Positions 36,458 through 50,920 of a DNA stretch of 64,000 bases are shown in pieces. How positions within the stretch are numbered: the first letter of the stretch is position 1; every line of letters begins with the position of its first letter. A program made the translations under genes and the position numbers. Below the pieces are notes generated by a model, which saw only the letters and a program-made list of their open reading frames with translations, was not told the DNA's origin and made no database searches. The stretch is from the human T2T-CHM13v2.0 reference genome, Homo sapiens, in the NCBI RefSeq assembly GCF_009914755.1, contig NC_060940.1. One strand, given 5' to 3'.

Positions 36458-39400
36458 TTTTTTTTTAACTTCTTAATTTTTTTATTTCAATAGATTTTGG
36501 GTAGTGTTTGGTTACATGAATAAGTTCTTTAGGGGTGATTTCTGAGATTTTGGTGCACCCATCACCTGAACAGTGTACACTGTACCCAAGGTGTAGTCTT
36601 TTATCCCTCGCCACCCCACACTCTTTTCCCTGATTCCCCAAAGTCCAATGTATCATTCTTATGCCTTTGTGTTCTCACAGTTTAAGTCCCACATATGAGT
36701 GAGAATATAGGATGTTTGGTTTTCCATTCCTGAGTTACTTTACTTAAAATAATAGTCTCCAATTCCATCCAGGTTGCTGTGAATGCCATTATTTCATTCA
36801 TTTTTATGACTAAGTAGTATTTCATGGTATATATATACCACAATTTCTTCATCCACTCATTGACTGATGGGCATTTGGGCTGGTTCCATAGTTTTGCAAT
36901 TGCAAATTGTGCTGCTATAAATATGTGTGTACAGGTATCTTTTTTGTATAAGACTTCTTTTCCTTTAGGTAGATACCTAGTAGTGGGATTGCTGAATTAA
37001 ACAGTAGATCTACTTTTAGTTCTTTAAGGAATCTCCACAGTGTTTTCCGTAGTGATTGTACTAGTTTACATTTCCACCAACAGTGTGAAAGTGTTCCCTT
37101 TTCACCACACCCATGCCAACATCTATTTTTTTTTTTATTATGGCCATTCTTGCAGGAGTCAGGTGGTATTGCATTGTTGTTTTGATTTGCATTTCCCTGA
37201 TAATTAGTGATATTGAGCATTTTTCCATATGCTTGTTGGCCATTTGTATATCTTCTTTTCAGAATTGCGTATTCATGTCCTTAGCCCACTTTTTGATGGT
37301 GTTGTTTTTTTTCCTGCTGATTTGTTTGAATTCTTTGTAGATTCTGGATAGTAGTTCTTTGTTGGATGTATAAATTGTGAAGATTTTCTCCCACTCTGTG
37401 GGTTGTCCATTAACTCTGCTGATTGTTTCTTTTGCTGTGCAGAAGCTTTTTAGTTTAATTAAGTCCCATCTATTTATCTTTGTTTTTGTTGCATTTGCCT
37501 TTGGGTTCTTGGTCATGAAGTCTTTGCCTAAGTCAATGTCTAGAAGGGTTTTTCTGATGTTATCTTCTAGAGTCTTAATGGTTTCAAGTCTTAGACTTAA
37601 GTCCCACCACCATTTGTTGAACAGGGTGTCCTTTCCCCACTTTATGTAAAAGATAGAGCCATCTTGGGTTGATTTTTGTATAATGTGATGAGGATCCAGT
37701 TTTATTCTTCTGCATGTGGCTTGCCAATTATTCCAGCACCATTTGTTGAATAGGGTGTCCTTTCCCCACTTTATGTTTTTGTTTACTTTGTTGAAGATCA
37801 GTTGGCTGTAAGTATTTGGGTTTATTTCTGGGTTCTCTATTGTGTTCCATTGGTCTATGTGTCAATTTTTATACCAGTACCATGCTGTTTTGGTGACTAT
37901 GGCTTTATAGTATAGTTTGAAGTTGGGTAATGTGATGCTTCCAGATTTGTTCTTTTTGCTTAGTCTTGCTTTGCCTATGCGGGTTCTTTTTGTTGGTTCC
38001 ATATAAATTTTAGGATTTTTTTTTCTAGTTCTGTGAAGAATGATGATGGTGTTTGGATGGGAATTGCACTGAATTTGTAGATTGCTTTTGGTAGTATGGT
38101 CATTTTCACAGTATTGATTTTACCCATCCATGACTATGAGATGTGTTTCCATTTGTTTGTGTCATCTATGATTTCTTTCAGCACTGTTTTGTAGTTTTCC
38201 TTGTAGAGGTCTTTTGCATCCTTGGTTAGGCATATTCCTTAGTATTTCTTTTTTTTTTTTTTTTTGGCAGCTATTGTGAAAGGGGTTGAGTTCTTGATTT
38301 GATTCTCAGCTTGATCACTGTTGGTGTATAGCAGAGCTACTGATTTGTGGACATTAATTTTGTATCCTGAAACTTCTGAATTTATTTACCAGTTCTGGGA
38401 GCTTTTTGGATGAGTCTTTAGAGTTTTCTAGCTATACAATCATATCAACAGCAAACAGTGAGAGTTTGACTTCCTCTTCACCAATTTTGATGCCCTTTAT
38501 TTTTTTCTCTTGTCTGATTGTTTCGGCTAGGACTTCCAGTACTATGTTGAATAGAAGTGGTGAATGTGGGCATCCTCGTCTCATTCCAGTTCTCAGAGGG
38601 AATGCTTTCAACTTTTCCCCATTTAGTATAATGTTGGCTGTGAGTTTTCTGTAGATGACTTTTATAACCTTAAAGTATATCCCTTGTATGCCGATTTTGC
38701 TGAGGGTTTTAATCATAAAAGGATACTGGATTTTGTCAGATTCTTTTTCTGCATCTATTGAGATGATCATGTGATTTTTGTTTTTAATTCTGTTTATGTG
38801 GTGTATGACATTTATTGGCTTGCATATGTTAAACCATCCCTGCATCCCTGATATGAAACCCATTTGATCATGATGGATTATCTTTTTGGTATGCTGTTGG
38901 ATTCGGTTAGCTAGTATTTTGTTAAGGATTTTTGCATTTATGTTCATCAGGGATATTGGTCTGTAGTTTTCTTTTTTTGTTATGTCTTTCCCTGTTTTGG
39001 TATTAGGGTGATACTGCCTTCATAGAATGATTTAGGGAGGATTCCCTCTTCCTCTATCTTGTGGAATAGTGTCAGTAGGATTGGTCCAATTCTTCTTTGA
39101 ATGTCAATAGAATTCAGCTGTGAATCCATCTGGTCCTGGACATTTTTTATTGGCAACTTTAAAATTACCATTTCAATCTTGCTGCTTGTTATTGGTCTGT
39201 TCAGAGATACTATATTTTTCTGGTTTAATCTAGGAGGGTCGTGTATTTCCAGGAATTCATCCATCTCCTCTAGGTTTTCTAGTTTATGTGTGTAAAGGTG
39301 TTCATAGTAGCCTTGAATACTCTTTTGTATTTCTGTGATATCAGTTATAATATCTCCGAATTGAGCTTATTTGAAGCTTCTCCCTTCTTTTCTTGATTAA

Positions 39401-41545
39401 TCTTGCGAATGATCTATCAATTTTATTTATCTTTTCAAAGAAGCAGCTTTGCGTTTCATTCTTTTTTGCATTTTTTTTGGTTTTAATTTAATTTTGTTCT
39501 GCTCTGATCTTTGTTATTTCTTTTCTTCTGCTGGGGTTGGGCTTGGATTGTTCTTGTTTCTGCAGTTCCTTGAGGTGTGACCTTAGATTGTCTATTTGTG
39601 CTCTTTCAAACTTTTTGATGGACTTTTTGAACTTTCCTCTTAGCAATACTTTTGCTGTATACCAGAGGTTTTGATAGGTTGTGTCACTATTATCGTTCAG
39701 TTCAAAGAATTTTTAAATTTCCATCTTGATTTCATTTTTGACCAAAAGTTTATTCAGGAAAAGGTTATTTAATTTCCACATATTTGCATGGTTTTGAGAG
39801 TTTCTTTTGGAGTTGATTTCCAATTTTATTTTACTGTGGTCTGAGAGAGTACTTGATATAATTTCAATTTTCTTAAATTTACTGAGACTTGTTTTGTGGC
39901 TTATCATATGTTCTGTCTTGAAGAATGTTCCATGTGCTGATGAATAGAATGCATATTCTGCGGTTATTGGGTAGAACATTCTGTAAATATCTGTTAAGTC
40001 CATTTGTTGTAGGGCATAGTTTCTTTGTTGTTTCTTTGTTGACTTTCTGTCTCGATGACCTGTCTAGTGTTGTCAGTGGAGCATTAAAGTCCCCCACTAT
40101 TATTGTGTTGCCATTTATCACATTTCTTAGGTCTAGTCGTAATTGTTTTATAAATTTGGGAGCTCCAGTGTTACGTGCATATATATTTAGAATTGTGATA
40201 TTTTTCCTGTTGGACTAGTCCTTTTATCATTATATAATGTCCCTCTTTGTCTTTTTAAACTACTGTTGCTTTAAAGTTTGATTTTTCTGATATAAGAATA
40301 GCTACTCCTGCTTTCTTTTGGTGTCTATTTGCATGGAGTATCCTTTTTCATCCCTTTACCTTAAGTTTATGTGAGTCCTTATGAGTTAGGTGTCTCCTGA
40401 AGACAGCAGAAACTTGGTTGGTGAATTTTTATCTATTCTGCCATTCTGTATATTTTAAGTGGAGCATTTAGGCCATTTACATTCAATGTTAGTATTCTAT
40501 TCATCATGCTATTTGTTGACTAAATATCTTGTTTTTTTTTATTGTGTTATTGTTATATAGGTACTGTGATATTTATGCTCTAAGGAGGTCCTATTTTGGT
40601 ATATTTTGAGAATTTGTTTCAAGATTTAGAGCCACTTTTAACAGTTCTTGTAGTGCTGGCTTGGTAGTGGCAAATTTGTTCAGCATTTGTTTGTCTGGAA
40701 AAGACTATATCTTTCCTTCATTTATGAAGCTTAGTTTTGCTGGATACAAAATTCTTGGCTGATAATTGGTTGGTTTAAGGAAGCAAAAATAGGACCCCAG
40801 TCCTTTCTAGCTTGTAGGGTTTCTGCTGAGAAATCTGCTGTTAATCTGATAGGTTTTCCTTTATAGGTTACCTCTTGCTTTTGCCTCACAGCTCTTCAGA
40901 TCCTTTCCTTTGTCTTGACTTTAGGTAACCTGATGGCTATGTGTCTAGGCAATGATCTTTTTGTGATGAATTTCCCAGGTGTTCTTTGAGCCTCTTGTAT
41001 TTGGATGTCTAGGTCTCTAACAAGGTCAGGAAAGTTTTCCTCGATTATTCCCTCAAATATGTTTTCCACACTTTTAGATTTCTCTTCTTCCTTGGGGACA
41101 CCAATTATTCTTAGGTTTGGACGTTTAACATAGCCCCAAGCTTCTTGGAGGCTTTGTTCATTTTTTAAAATTCTTTTTTTCTTTGTGTTCGATAGATTGG
41201 GTTAATTCAAAAGTCTTGTCTTTAAGCTATGAAGTTCTTTCCTCTGCTTGTTTGATTCTATTGCTGAGATTTTCCAGTGTGTTTGGCATTTCTCTAAGTG
41301 TGTCCTTGATTTCCAAAAGTTGTGATTGTTTTTTATTTATGCATCCATTTCACTGAAGAACTTACCTTTCATATCCTGTATTACAGTTTTGACTTTTTTA
41401 AGTTGGACTTCATCTTTCTCTGGTACCTCCTTGATTAGCTTAATAATCGACCTTCTGAATTCTTTTTCTGACAGTTCAGTGATTTTGCTTGGTTTGAATC
41501 CGTTGCTGGTGAGCTGGTATAATCTTTTGGGGGAGTTAAAGGACA
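36458..41545 (-). mobile_element. Near-full-length L1PB (L1PB1-like), ORF1 to 3'UTR, many disablements
   Basis: 3'UTR GGTTACATGAATAAGTTCTTT..TGGTGCACCCATCACC; ORF2 fragments 38432-38947 (LFAVDMIV) and 39713-40003; ORF1 N-terminal fragment 41337-41546. Confidence 0.9.
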
Positions 41546-41581
41546 CTTTTTATTTATTATTATTTATCTTAGAAACTGTGA

Positions 41582-42334
41582 CTTTATTTTTATTTATCTT
41601 TTATTTTAGGTTCAGGGGTACATGTACAGGTGGTTTGTTACATAGGTAGACCTGTGTCATGCAGTTTTGTTGTGCAGACTATTTCATCACCCACATATTA
41701 AGCCTAGTACCTATTAGTTATTTTTCCTGATTCTCTTCCTCCAACCAACCTCCACCCTCTGATAGGCGTCAGTGTGTGTTGTTCCCCTCTATGTTTCCAT
41801 GTGTTCTCAACTTTTAGCTCCCACTTATAAGTGAGAACATGCTGTATTTGGGTTTCTGTCCCTGTGTTAATTTGCTAAGGATAATGGCCTCCAGTGCCAT
41901 CCATGTTCCTGCAAAGGAAGTGATCTTGTTCTTTTTCATGGCTGTGTAGTATTCCATGGTGTATATGTACCACATTTTCTTTATCTAGTCTACCATTTCT
42001 GGGCATTTAGGTTGATTCCATGTCTTTCCTATTGTGAATAGTGCTGCAATGAACATATGCGTGCATGTGTCTTTATAATAGAATGATTTATATTGCTTTG
42101 GGCATATACCCAGTAATGAGGTTGCTGGGTTAAATGATATTTCTGTTTTTATGGCTTTGAGGAATCATCACACTGTTTTCCACAATGGTTGAACTAATTT
42201 ATACTCCCTCCAACAGTGCATAAGCCTTTCTTTTTCTTTGCAACCTCGCTAGCATCTGTTATTATTATTATTTTTTGACTTTTTAGTAATAGCCACTCTG
42301 ACTGGTGTGAGGTGGTATCCCATTGTGGTTTTGA
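41582..42334 (-). mobile_element. L1PA13-16-like 3' fragment
   Basis: AGGGGTACATGT.CAGG..TTTGTTACATAGGTA motif and ORF2 C-terminal region. Confidence 0.83.
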
Positions 42335-42549
42335 CAAACTCTCCACTTTAAAAAAATAGAAATACCAATCTTTTCATGATAAAAAATGAACTCCTATGTG
42401 TTTTTTTTTTTTTTTTTACCCTGTAAACCTATCTCAGGAAATGTCAGCTCTTTCCTTTCAATTATTCCAACCCCAAACCTTGAGCTTGTCCTCTTCTCTC
42501 TCCCAAACTATATACAATCAATCATAAAATATTATCAGTTTTATCTTCA

Positions 42550-44165
42550 GTGGAGAGAAGGTTTTCTGGCCTTACCTGGGGCCTTCTCTCCAGAGCACAC
42601 ATTATTAGCAGTGATCTGCTAATTTTAGCATCTTTTGCGGTTGGATAGGCTGAGAATTTCTCAAATCATCTAGTCCTGGCTCTTTTTGCTTAATGATTCT
42701 TTCTTCATTTCTCTCTTTCTTCTAGCGTCTTAGTGTAAGCAGCAAGAAGAAACCAGCCTGCATCTTCAATACTTCACTTAGAAATCTCCTGAGTTGAATA
42801 CCCAAGTTTACCACTTTTAGTTCTGCTTTCCACACAATGGTAGGTCACAATTCAGTGAAGCTCCCTGTCACTATATAACAAAGATCACTTTTCTTCTAAT
42901 TTCTAATAACACTTTTCTCATATTCTTCTGAGCCCTCTGAGCAGCATCTTTACTGTTCATATTTCTACTAATCTTCTGTTTCTGGCAATATACGCATTCT
43001 CCAAGACAGTGGTCTCCAACCTTTTTGACACCAGGGACTGGTTTTATAGAAGACAGTTTTTTTCCCATGGAATAGGGGTTGTGGATTGTTTTGGGATGAA
43101 ACTGTTCCACCTCAGATTACCAGGCATTATTTAGATCCTCAGAAGGAGCACACGACCTAGATCCCTTGCATGCACAGTTCACAATATGGTTTGCGCTCCT
43201 GTGAGAATCTAATGCTGACGCTGATGTGACAGGAGGCAGAGCTCAGGGAGTAATGCTGGCTCACCCGCTGCTTACCTCCCGCTATGTGCCCTGATTCCTA
43301 ACAGGCCACTGGCTGGTACCGGTCTGCAGCCTGGAGGTGGGGGACCCCTGCTCTAAGATGACAGAGGATCTCTCTACTGTGCTTCTCACTTCTTTCTGAG
43401 TTTTCACCCGTTGTGCCTTTAATATTTCTACTATTTTTCTACTAATATTGCTACTAATTAGTAGAAATATAGAAATATATTTTATAGAAATATAGAAATA
43501 TAGAATATTTCTACTAATAGTCTGTTTAAAGCAACCTATCTATCATGTGCCTCAAAAATGCTTCCAGGCTCTGTCCATCACCAAATTCCAAAGCCACTTT
43601 CACATTTTTAGGTATTTGATACTGCAGCACACTGCTTCCTGGTACCAAAATCTGCATTTGTTTCTGGTGGCTGCTGTAACAAGTGACCACAAACGTGGTG
43701 ACTGAAAACATTAGAAATTTATTCTGTTACATTTCTGGAGCCCAGAGTCTGAAATCAGTATCCTGGGTCAAAATCAAGGTGTCAACAATGCTGCACTCAT
43801 CCTGGAGTTCCTAGGGGACCTAGGAATAATTTCCTTGTCTCTTCCAGCTTCTAGTGGATACTGGTATTCCTTGGCTTCTGGTTGCATCCCTCCAGTCCTT
43901 AAGGCCAGGATCTCCAAATATCTCTCTACTCCATCTTAACATCACCTCTTCTCTGTGTAAAATCTCCCTCTGCTTTCCTGTAATAAGGATACACGTGATT
44001 GCATTTAGAGCTCACCTGGATAATCCAGGCTCATTTCCCCATCTCAAGATCCTTAACTTGGTCACACAGGAAAAGACCCCTTTTTAGCCACCTAAGACAA
44101 CATTCACAGATTTCAGGAGTTAATGCCTGGATATCTTTTGAAGGTGCATTATTTAGCCTACTACA
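42550..44165 (-). mobile_element. MLT1 MaLR: LTR (~43653-44165) plus adjacent MLT1-internal remnant
   Basis: CCTGGTACCAAAATCTG LTR/internal junction; GGCTGCTGTAACAA..CCACAAAC; terminal TTTAGCCTACTACA. Confidence 0.75.
43007..43350 (-). mobile_element. MER1B (hAT-Charlie)
   Basis: CAGTGGTCTCCAACC...GGGGACCCCTG TIRs; 8-bp TSD CTC(C/T)AAGA. Confidence 0.88.
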
Positions 44166-44469
44166 ACTTGAACACCCCTTCAAGACCTGGACTGTGCCTC
44201 TGGATGCAACAATCATAGTATAACCAGGAAACAGAAACTACCTATGTATTTAAAACCCTGAGACCTCACTCCATTTATCTCCGTGATTGTCCTATTTTCT
44301 GCGCGGCACCACACAAAGCTGTCACAACTTGTCTTCTAGATGCCACACTCATGATTTTCTATTAATCTCAAATGCATTATTTGGGAAACTCCAATCATTT
44401 CGTGAGTGAGCACAGCATTGCGGAGTCGGGTTGTGTCAGCAGCATATAACTGGCATTTAAAATGCACTA

Positions 44470-44640
44470 AAGCAAAAGTCAGGAGACTGGGTTTAAGTCT
44501 TGCATGTTACTTTGAAGAACTTGAGACCTATGGCCAGTGACTTGGCCTTTCTCACTCTTAGTTAATTCATCTGCAAAATGAATATTAATGCTTATGGAGA
44601 TTAAAGTGAAGTGACATATGAGAAAGGCTTTGCTAACTTA
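44470..44640 (+). mobile_element. MIR fragment
   Basis: AGTCAGGAGACTGGGTT..TTCATCTGCAAAATG. Confidence 0.6.
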
Positions 44641-44699
44641 AACTTTTAGTGAAATAACAAATACGATGAAAATAACATGAATCTTGACCAAGATGGTCT

Positions 44700-45198
44700 T
44701 AATGAGAGAGATTTATTTCTTTTTCTAGGCCCCTGACCTCGCTTTTCCTAGAGCATTTAATTTAGAAAACTTGCAATCAATTCTTCATCTACCTCTTTGA
44801 GATGTAAATCTTCTCCCAGCCTCTTGCCAGTTTTACAATCAAGGATTGTTTTTCTTAAGGACCTGGGAGCCATTCGTCTGAAATGTAATCATCAAGGAAG
44901 ATAGTACCCTTATCTTCCAGTCTCTGTGGGGTGGGGGGAGGGTAGGAGCCTAACTTCAGTGAGAGTCTTGCTCCAGGTTGTAAAACTACCTCTTGTCATG
45001 AAGATAACAGAAAGTTTACTTTTTCTTTGGGTAAGAGGCAGATGGCCTTATGATATCCCCCATCTCAGCTTTTAAAGACTCTCCATGTATTGTTTCAGTG
45101 TAGTTGAGTTAATACTGATCTCTCTTTACCATTACAATAGCCTTAAATAAAATCTTCCTTACTTGTTTAACTTAGTCTGATGCAATTTTGCTTTGATA
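44700..45198 (+). mobile_element. ERV1-class solo LTR (MER34/MER39-like)
   Basis: CCTCTTGCCAGTTTTACAA..AAGGACCTGGGAGCCAT..GGTAGGAGCCTAACTTC; AATAAA near the 3' end. Confidence 0.6.
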
Positions 45199-48100
45199 AT
45201 GGTTTCACATAATAACCACCACACTTTAATCCTTTCTGTCAAGACTCTCCAGTATGAATGTAGAAGTGATATTACTTTCAGAGAAAATTATTGAATACTT
45301 TTTCATTTTCAATCCTCCAAATTTATGTCATGTTTATGCTTTGAAGAGCATGAGAGAACTTGACTCTTGATCCCCTCCTTGCTGGATATGTCCTTTTTCA
45401 TCATCTCATTTTTATGACTCCCCTGTGCAATACCCTAGTTATGCTTATTTTTCCTTATTTACAGCTGTTAAATGATAATTTTCAAAAAAAAAAAAAAAAA
45501 AAAAAGGGAAAATCATGACTCCCATACAGGTATAAGATAGTTGTTAAAGCTTTTATTTAACTCTTTAATTAATGAGGGAACTAAGTAGATGTTTAATAGG
45601 TTCAAAAGAGAATCCTAGCTTCTCCACAGAAGGGAGGAAAGTCAATTGACTCTTAGCAGAATTTCTACAGGCAATAATTATTTTGCATCACTATCAGTTA
45701 TCTACAGCTTACAGAGATGTAAAATAGCTTCCATAGTATCATAATTCTGCTTATGTGTAGACAATGTATAGTTTTCCTTTGAAGGACAAATTTTCCCTTA
45801 CACAGCATTAATTCATTTTCTTTTTTACAATATGATGCAGAGTTGCAAGATGAAAGTGCTGGAGAACTACTGAAATTCCTTGGAGTTAGGATTTGGGTAA
45901 CTGTTTTATTTATATATATTTTTAAAAAACGGAAACAAGTTGAAAGTACTTTAATAGAAGTCAGCCAACGAACCTGAGGAAGGATTTAATGAAAGTACTG
46001 TTATGTTAAAGGACAATGAGGTTCAGAATCTCAAGATGGAAATAACTTCATTTTTAGTGCTACTGATGTGTAGGGAGGGAGAAAATGTCAATTTGGTCAG
46101 AGTGCACAAGATTTTTTAATATTTGAAATAGAGTTGGCCTGTTGGATATAACCCTTGAGCCCTCTGAACCTCTGAAGAATGGTTCTTTTAACAGCTACTT
46201 AGGACCGAGATAACGGAGCCAGGCAGCTCTGGGATGAAGCTGCAAGAGCTTGGGCAGGAGGCAGGCTCAAAAGGGACATTCATGGGTATGGGATGAAAGG
46301 GTATTACACTGTCTAGTGGTTCATTCTGACCTTAAAAGTCCTCAATGCCAAGTTTCATCAGTGCTGAGTGATCTTTGCTCTCAGTTTAGTGTGCAATATC
46401 ATGTAGCATAAAGTAGTTATTGTTAAGTGTCCTCACATTTTAGGGACAATAGGAACAACATGCAAATTAACCATGGGTAGTATTCTTGGCCATATACAAT
46501 TATGGGTATTTAAAATTTTTAGATGCTAATTAAGCCCGAAGTTCTTTGTGAATAGTGCCAATTTGCCTCCAAATAACATGTTACAGAGATAGAATAATTC
46601 ACCATAAGTGCCTGCACCAGCAACAGTGGCTGGCACATATATAGATGCTATTCAATAAATCTGCTTGGTATTGACTGATTGGAAAAGCATCCAAGAAGAG
46701 TTTCCATTTTTCTCTGATAAAACACACTTGATGTTCAGTTGTTGACAAAGAAGTGGCTGACTTCAAACAGTGGTGATGTGACTTGGTGGTACTGTCATGC
46801 ACACTAACTCAACCTTACTTTTTCTTAGAGTTCCTATTATGTTACGTAATCTTTATGTCCTCTGTTCATCTTTGGGGAACCAAACTATAGGATTCAGGAA
46901 CACGATGGCAGTGTAAATGCAAATAAATGTGCACATTTAATGAAAAAACTCTAGCTTGGGAAACTTTCTTGCACTTTGTGGTTGGAGAGTTATCTACAAT
47001 GTCATCATCCCCAGACATGTTTGTAATCATAGGTATAATGCGTCTTGATTTCCAAGTAATAGGCCTATTGAACTGAACAATATGGGAACAGAACACACTG
47101 ACCTCTCTGATGACAGAAACTATTAACTACTGTCCTTATAAATCACGGGGCCTCCAGGGTGGTGCTTTCAGAGGTGACACAGCACCTCTTGCAGCTCTTC
47201 CTCCTCCCACTCTTCCTCCTTCTTTTGAAGGCAAGTAGCTGAATAGGAGAAAACACAATATAAAATACTAAAAAAACCCAGCTAATATAATGTGAAATAT
47301 TGAAAGATAATATTTTTTTGAAGATGCAAGTGATTATCTATCTAATTTGAACCAAAGAGAATAAATAAATCCTTTAGAAAATAGGAACAAATTAGGACAC
47401 ATTTTTTTTTAGCCTTTCAAAGTCACTTCAGGAAAGATTTCAAAGGTCTTTTTGTAACTTTTGCTTTTAATTATAGAAATAATAAATGTCCATTTTAATA
47501 GAAAATAAAAGTAAATTATGTAAAAGAAAACTAAAGTTTTCACCTAGAGAAGAACAATGAGCATAATTCGATATATAATCTTGCACTGCTTTCATGAGAC
47601 ATTTACATATTTATAATTATAAATATTTATATATGATGTGTAGTAATTTTATACTTTTTTCTGTTGACTCATTTAAAAATATTTTTGTAGCCTTTTTTCA
47701 TTTAGTATATTGATGTCTTATGATGTCATGAAAAAAATCTTCCATTATTATTGTTTTAGAAGTACAGTTTGCTTCTAAATAAATTATACATGCACATGTG
47801 GAATATATGTAAATACAGAATAGATATGTATTTAATAGGGATACACACATATATGTGTGTGTGTATATATATATCTTGCTGTTGCTTTTTATATTATAGA
47901 TCTCCTTCTATTATTACATTTAGTTTTATGTAGATACATTCTATTAAGAGTAAATATTACACAGATAGAATGAAGACACTTTATTTATAATTCTTCAATA
48001 TATAGAATTCGTTTTTACTTATTCAAATATGTAATCCTTTTCTACATAATCATATGCATGTTTACTTTCATAGAGCATGCATACTACTTTATTCTCAAGC

Positions 48101-48584
48101 AACCAGAAGTCCTTGAATGTTTTCTGAATAATCTATTGGCCTATTGTCATCTCAGAATAAACCAGTAATATTTCTCCCATATATTCTATTATTTTCAATT
48201 TTTGTTAATCATACTCTAGCCCATTTGGAACTTACCATTTATCTGTTATTTAAGAATTACATTTATTGCATTATTTTTCTCAATCTTTTATGTGCTTGAT
48301 ATGGAGCTCAGATAATGTATCTCTCAGTAGTTTCTGCTAGAAAGTATAAGAGGATGACAGCAAGGGAGTTGATGTATTTATTTCAGGACCTTTAGGAAAG
48401 GTAGAAAACACAACAATCTGAACTCTAGTTACTAAACCCAACTCCATTCTTCCTGACAGAAAGCCCCTGTACGCAGAAAGAAATGTATCTGATGAATTGT
48501 AGCTGAGCAGAAATGAGACTTGTGTATAACAACTATCTGAGGCAGCTCTTAATTAGCCTTTCCTGTTAACAAGTGGTAAGATGA

Positions 48585-48887
48585 GGCCAGGCACCTGGCA
48601 CATCCCAGAAATTTGGGAGGCCAAGGTGGGGGGATTGCTTGAGCCCAGGAGTTCGAGGCCAGCCTAGGCAACATAGTGAAACCCCCATCTCTACAAAAAA
48701 TGGGAAAAATTAGCCGGCATGTTGGCACGTGCCTATAGCCCCAGCTTCTCAGAAAGCTGAGGTGGGAGGATCACTTGAGCCTGGGAGGTTGAGGCTGCAG
48801 TGAGCTGTGATCATGCCGCCTGCACTCCAGCCTGGGCAACAGAGCGAGACCTTGTCTGAAGAAAATATAACAAATAAAGAAAAAAAA
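48585..48887 (+). mobile_element. AluJ
   Basis: AluJ motifs; TSD (G/A)GTAAGATGAG. Confidence 0.88.
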
Positions 48888-50920
48888 TAGTAAGATGAGA
48901 CATCTAGCTGTTGAGAAGTCTCTAGACCATTTTAATATCTTCATTCCTATATCCAATGACCCATTCTAAATACAGGCTTGCCTTATATTACAGGTGAGTT
49001 AAAAAAGAAACAGAGATGCTTACAGCTTTTACTTCAAATAGGTTATCATAAAATCCTATAGGATCCAGTTTCCTGAAAATCTGTAAGGAACAACATTTAA
49101 ATTCATGGAGTTCATCTCTTTATTCCATACTTCTGAGCTTGAGGAGCCATTAGTCTTGTTTCGGAAATTAAAGAATATTTCCCTGTTTCAAAGCTGTTGT
49201 AGAAACTGCTTTCCTATATTCTACATCTTACGCAAATCCAGAATGAGATTCAGATAAGATTCAGATAGCATGTTCAGGGTCTCTCTGCTTTTTATATTAA
49301 AACTCTAGAAGTTTCTGCTTTCTTGTTGAAAGCAGCACTCTTGAATGGCAGACCTCATGTTGGTAAATGATAGATGCCTTCAAAGACTTACTTGACACAT
49401 TTGATGGGGAAATCATATAAGCCCTTTGGTAGAGAAAGGGGGAAAGTCATTCTAGCAGGAGAATGATGGCCATTTTTATCAAGGGGTTTTATGTTTGATC
49501 TCTGCATGTATCTGCTTGTATCTAAAGAAAAGAAAGTGTATGAAAAGAAAGGTAGAAAAGCAAAGGTCCCAGGATTGCAGATAGACTTCCTTAATTATTA
49601 GTAAACTAATTTTTACTGACAATCAGAATAACGCTAGAATAAAGAAGTTAACCCCCAGGTGAGACACATACCTCTTTCTGGGATAAGCTTTGTGTGCATC
49701 TGAGCCATAGATTAACTCTGTGGTGTCCACAGTTGAAGAATGAAGCTCTTTTCCCCTTAGAGTTAGTAATAGTGAGGGTATATTTGAAAACAGATTTTGA
49801 CCTGACATGTTTTATATTCTAAGGGCACTATGATCTAGGACAGACACCTAAATCCTATATCTAAGCACTATTATGGGTGGGTTTTTCCTTTAAATTGTTA
49901 ATTAACTTGAGCATCAAAACGTCTCATGCTGAAGATTACAGAGAGAATTTTTATTGCCCTGGTATAAAAAGATTAACTGCCACTGATTGCTTTCCTTTTT
50001 GCATGTCATGAGAGAAACATAGATATTTATGCAGAGGAAGGTATAATCAGCTGTGGGTGGAGGCAGACACAACCATTCCCCAATTAACTTCATGGACATT
50101 AATCAGCAGAGAACATCTGAGGGAGTGTGAAGACAAATGCTTGAAATGGAATTGTGTACACATAAGTGAATATACAAATTATGCCATTGTGTCTGATCAC
50201 TTTTATGTGACTCTAATTAGGATGCCAGCCACACTAAAATCCTTTCCTGTGTACTTTGTGTCTGATGTCTTTCAAGCAGCATTGTGATTTGGCTTATCCA
50301 TATTTTTGGATATAGTTGCATTCTCATTTATGTATGAATTTCCATTGTATGAATTTAACATATACTACAAATTACTTATTTTACTGTTGATGGGATTTTA
50401 GGTAATCTATTAGTTTTTGGCTCTTACAAAAATTTATGCCTTGAATATTCTAGACAGTGGATGGCAATCTGTGGTTTAGGGCCTGTTACTGTACAGCTGG
50501 TGACCAAAGATTTTTTTAAATTTTTATTTTAAAGAATTTCTGAGAACATAAAGAAGATCCTGTGACAGAGGCTATAGGTAAACTTCAAAATCTAACAGAT
50601 TTAATATCTAATTCTTCACAAAAATTTGCTTATTATGTTTTAGATCATGACTTTCCTAAGGACCTTTTACTTATTTATACTGCTTGGGATTCAAAGAGCT
50701 TCTTGAAACTGTGGGTTGACTTCTTTCACAAGTATTGTAAATTCTCAGCTACTATCTTTAAAATATTGCCATGCCCCATTCTTTATCACTTCAGGTTTTG
50801 GTAATCTAATTATACATATTTATACTTTTTGAGTATGGCCCATATGTATCTTACATTATTTCCTTCATTTTTCCACTGAGTGCTTTAGTTGAATACTTTC
50901 TTTTGACCTATCTTCCAGTA

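Noticed and set aside
46700-47100. Coding-looking unique stretch (76-aa minus ORF)
   Set aside because: No family recognised and the other frames contain stops; neither exon nor pseudogene can be supported.
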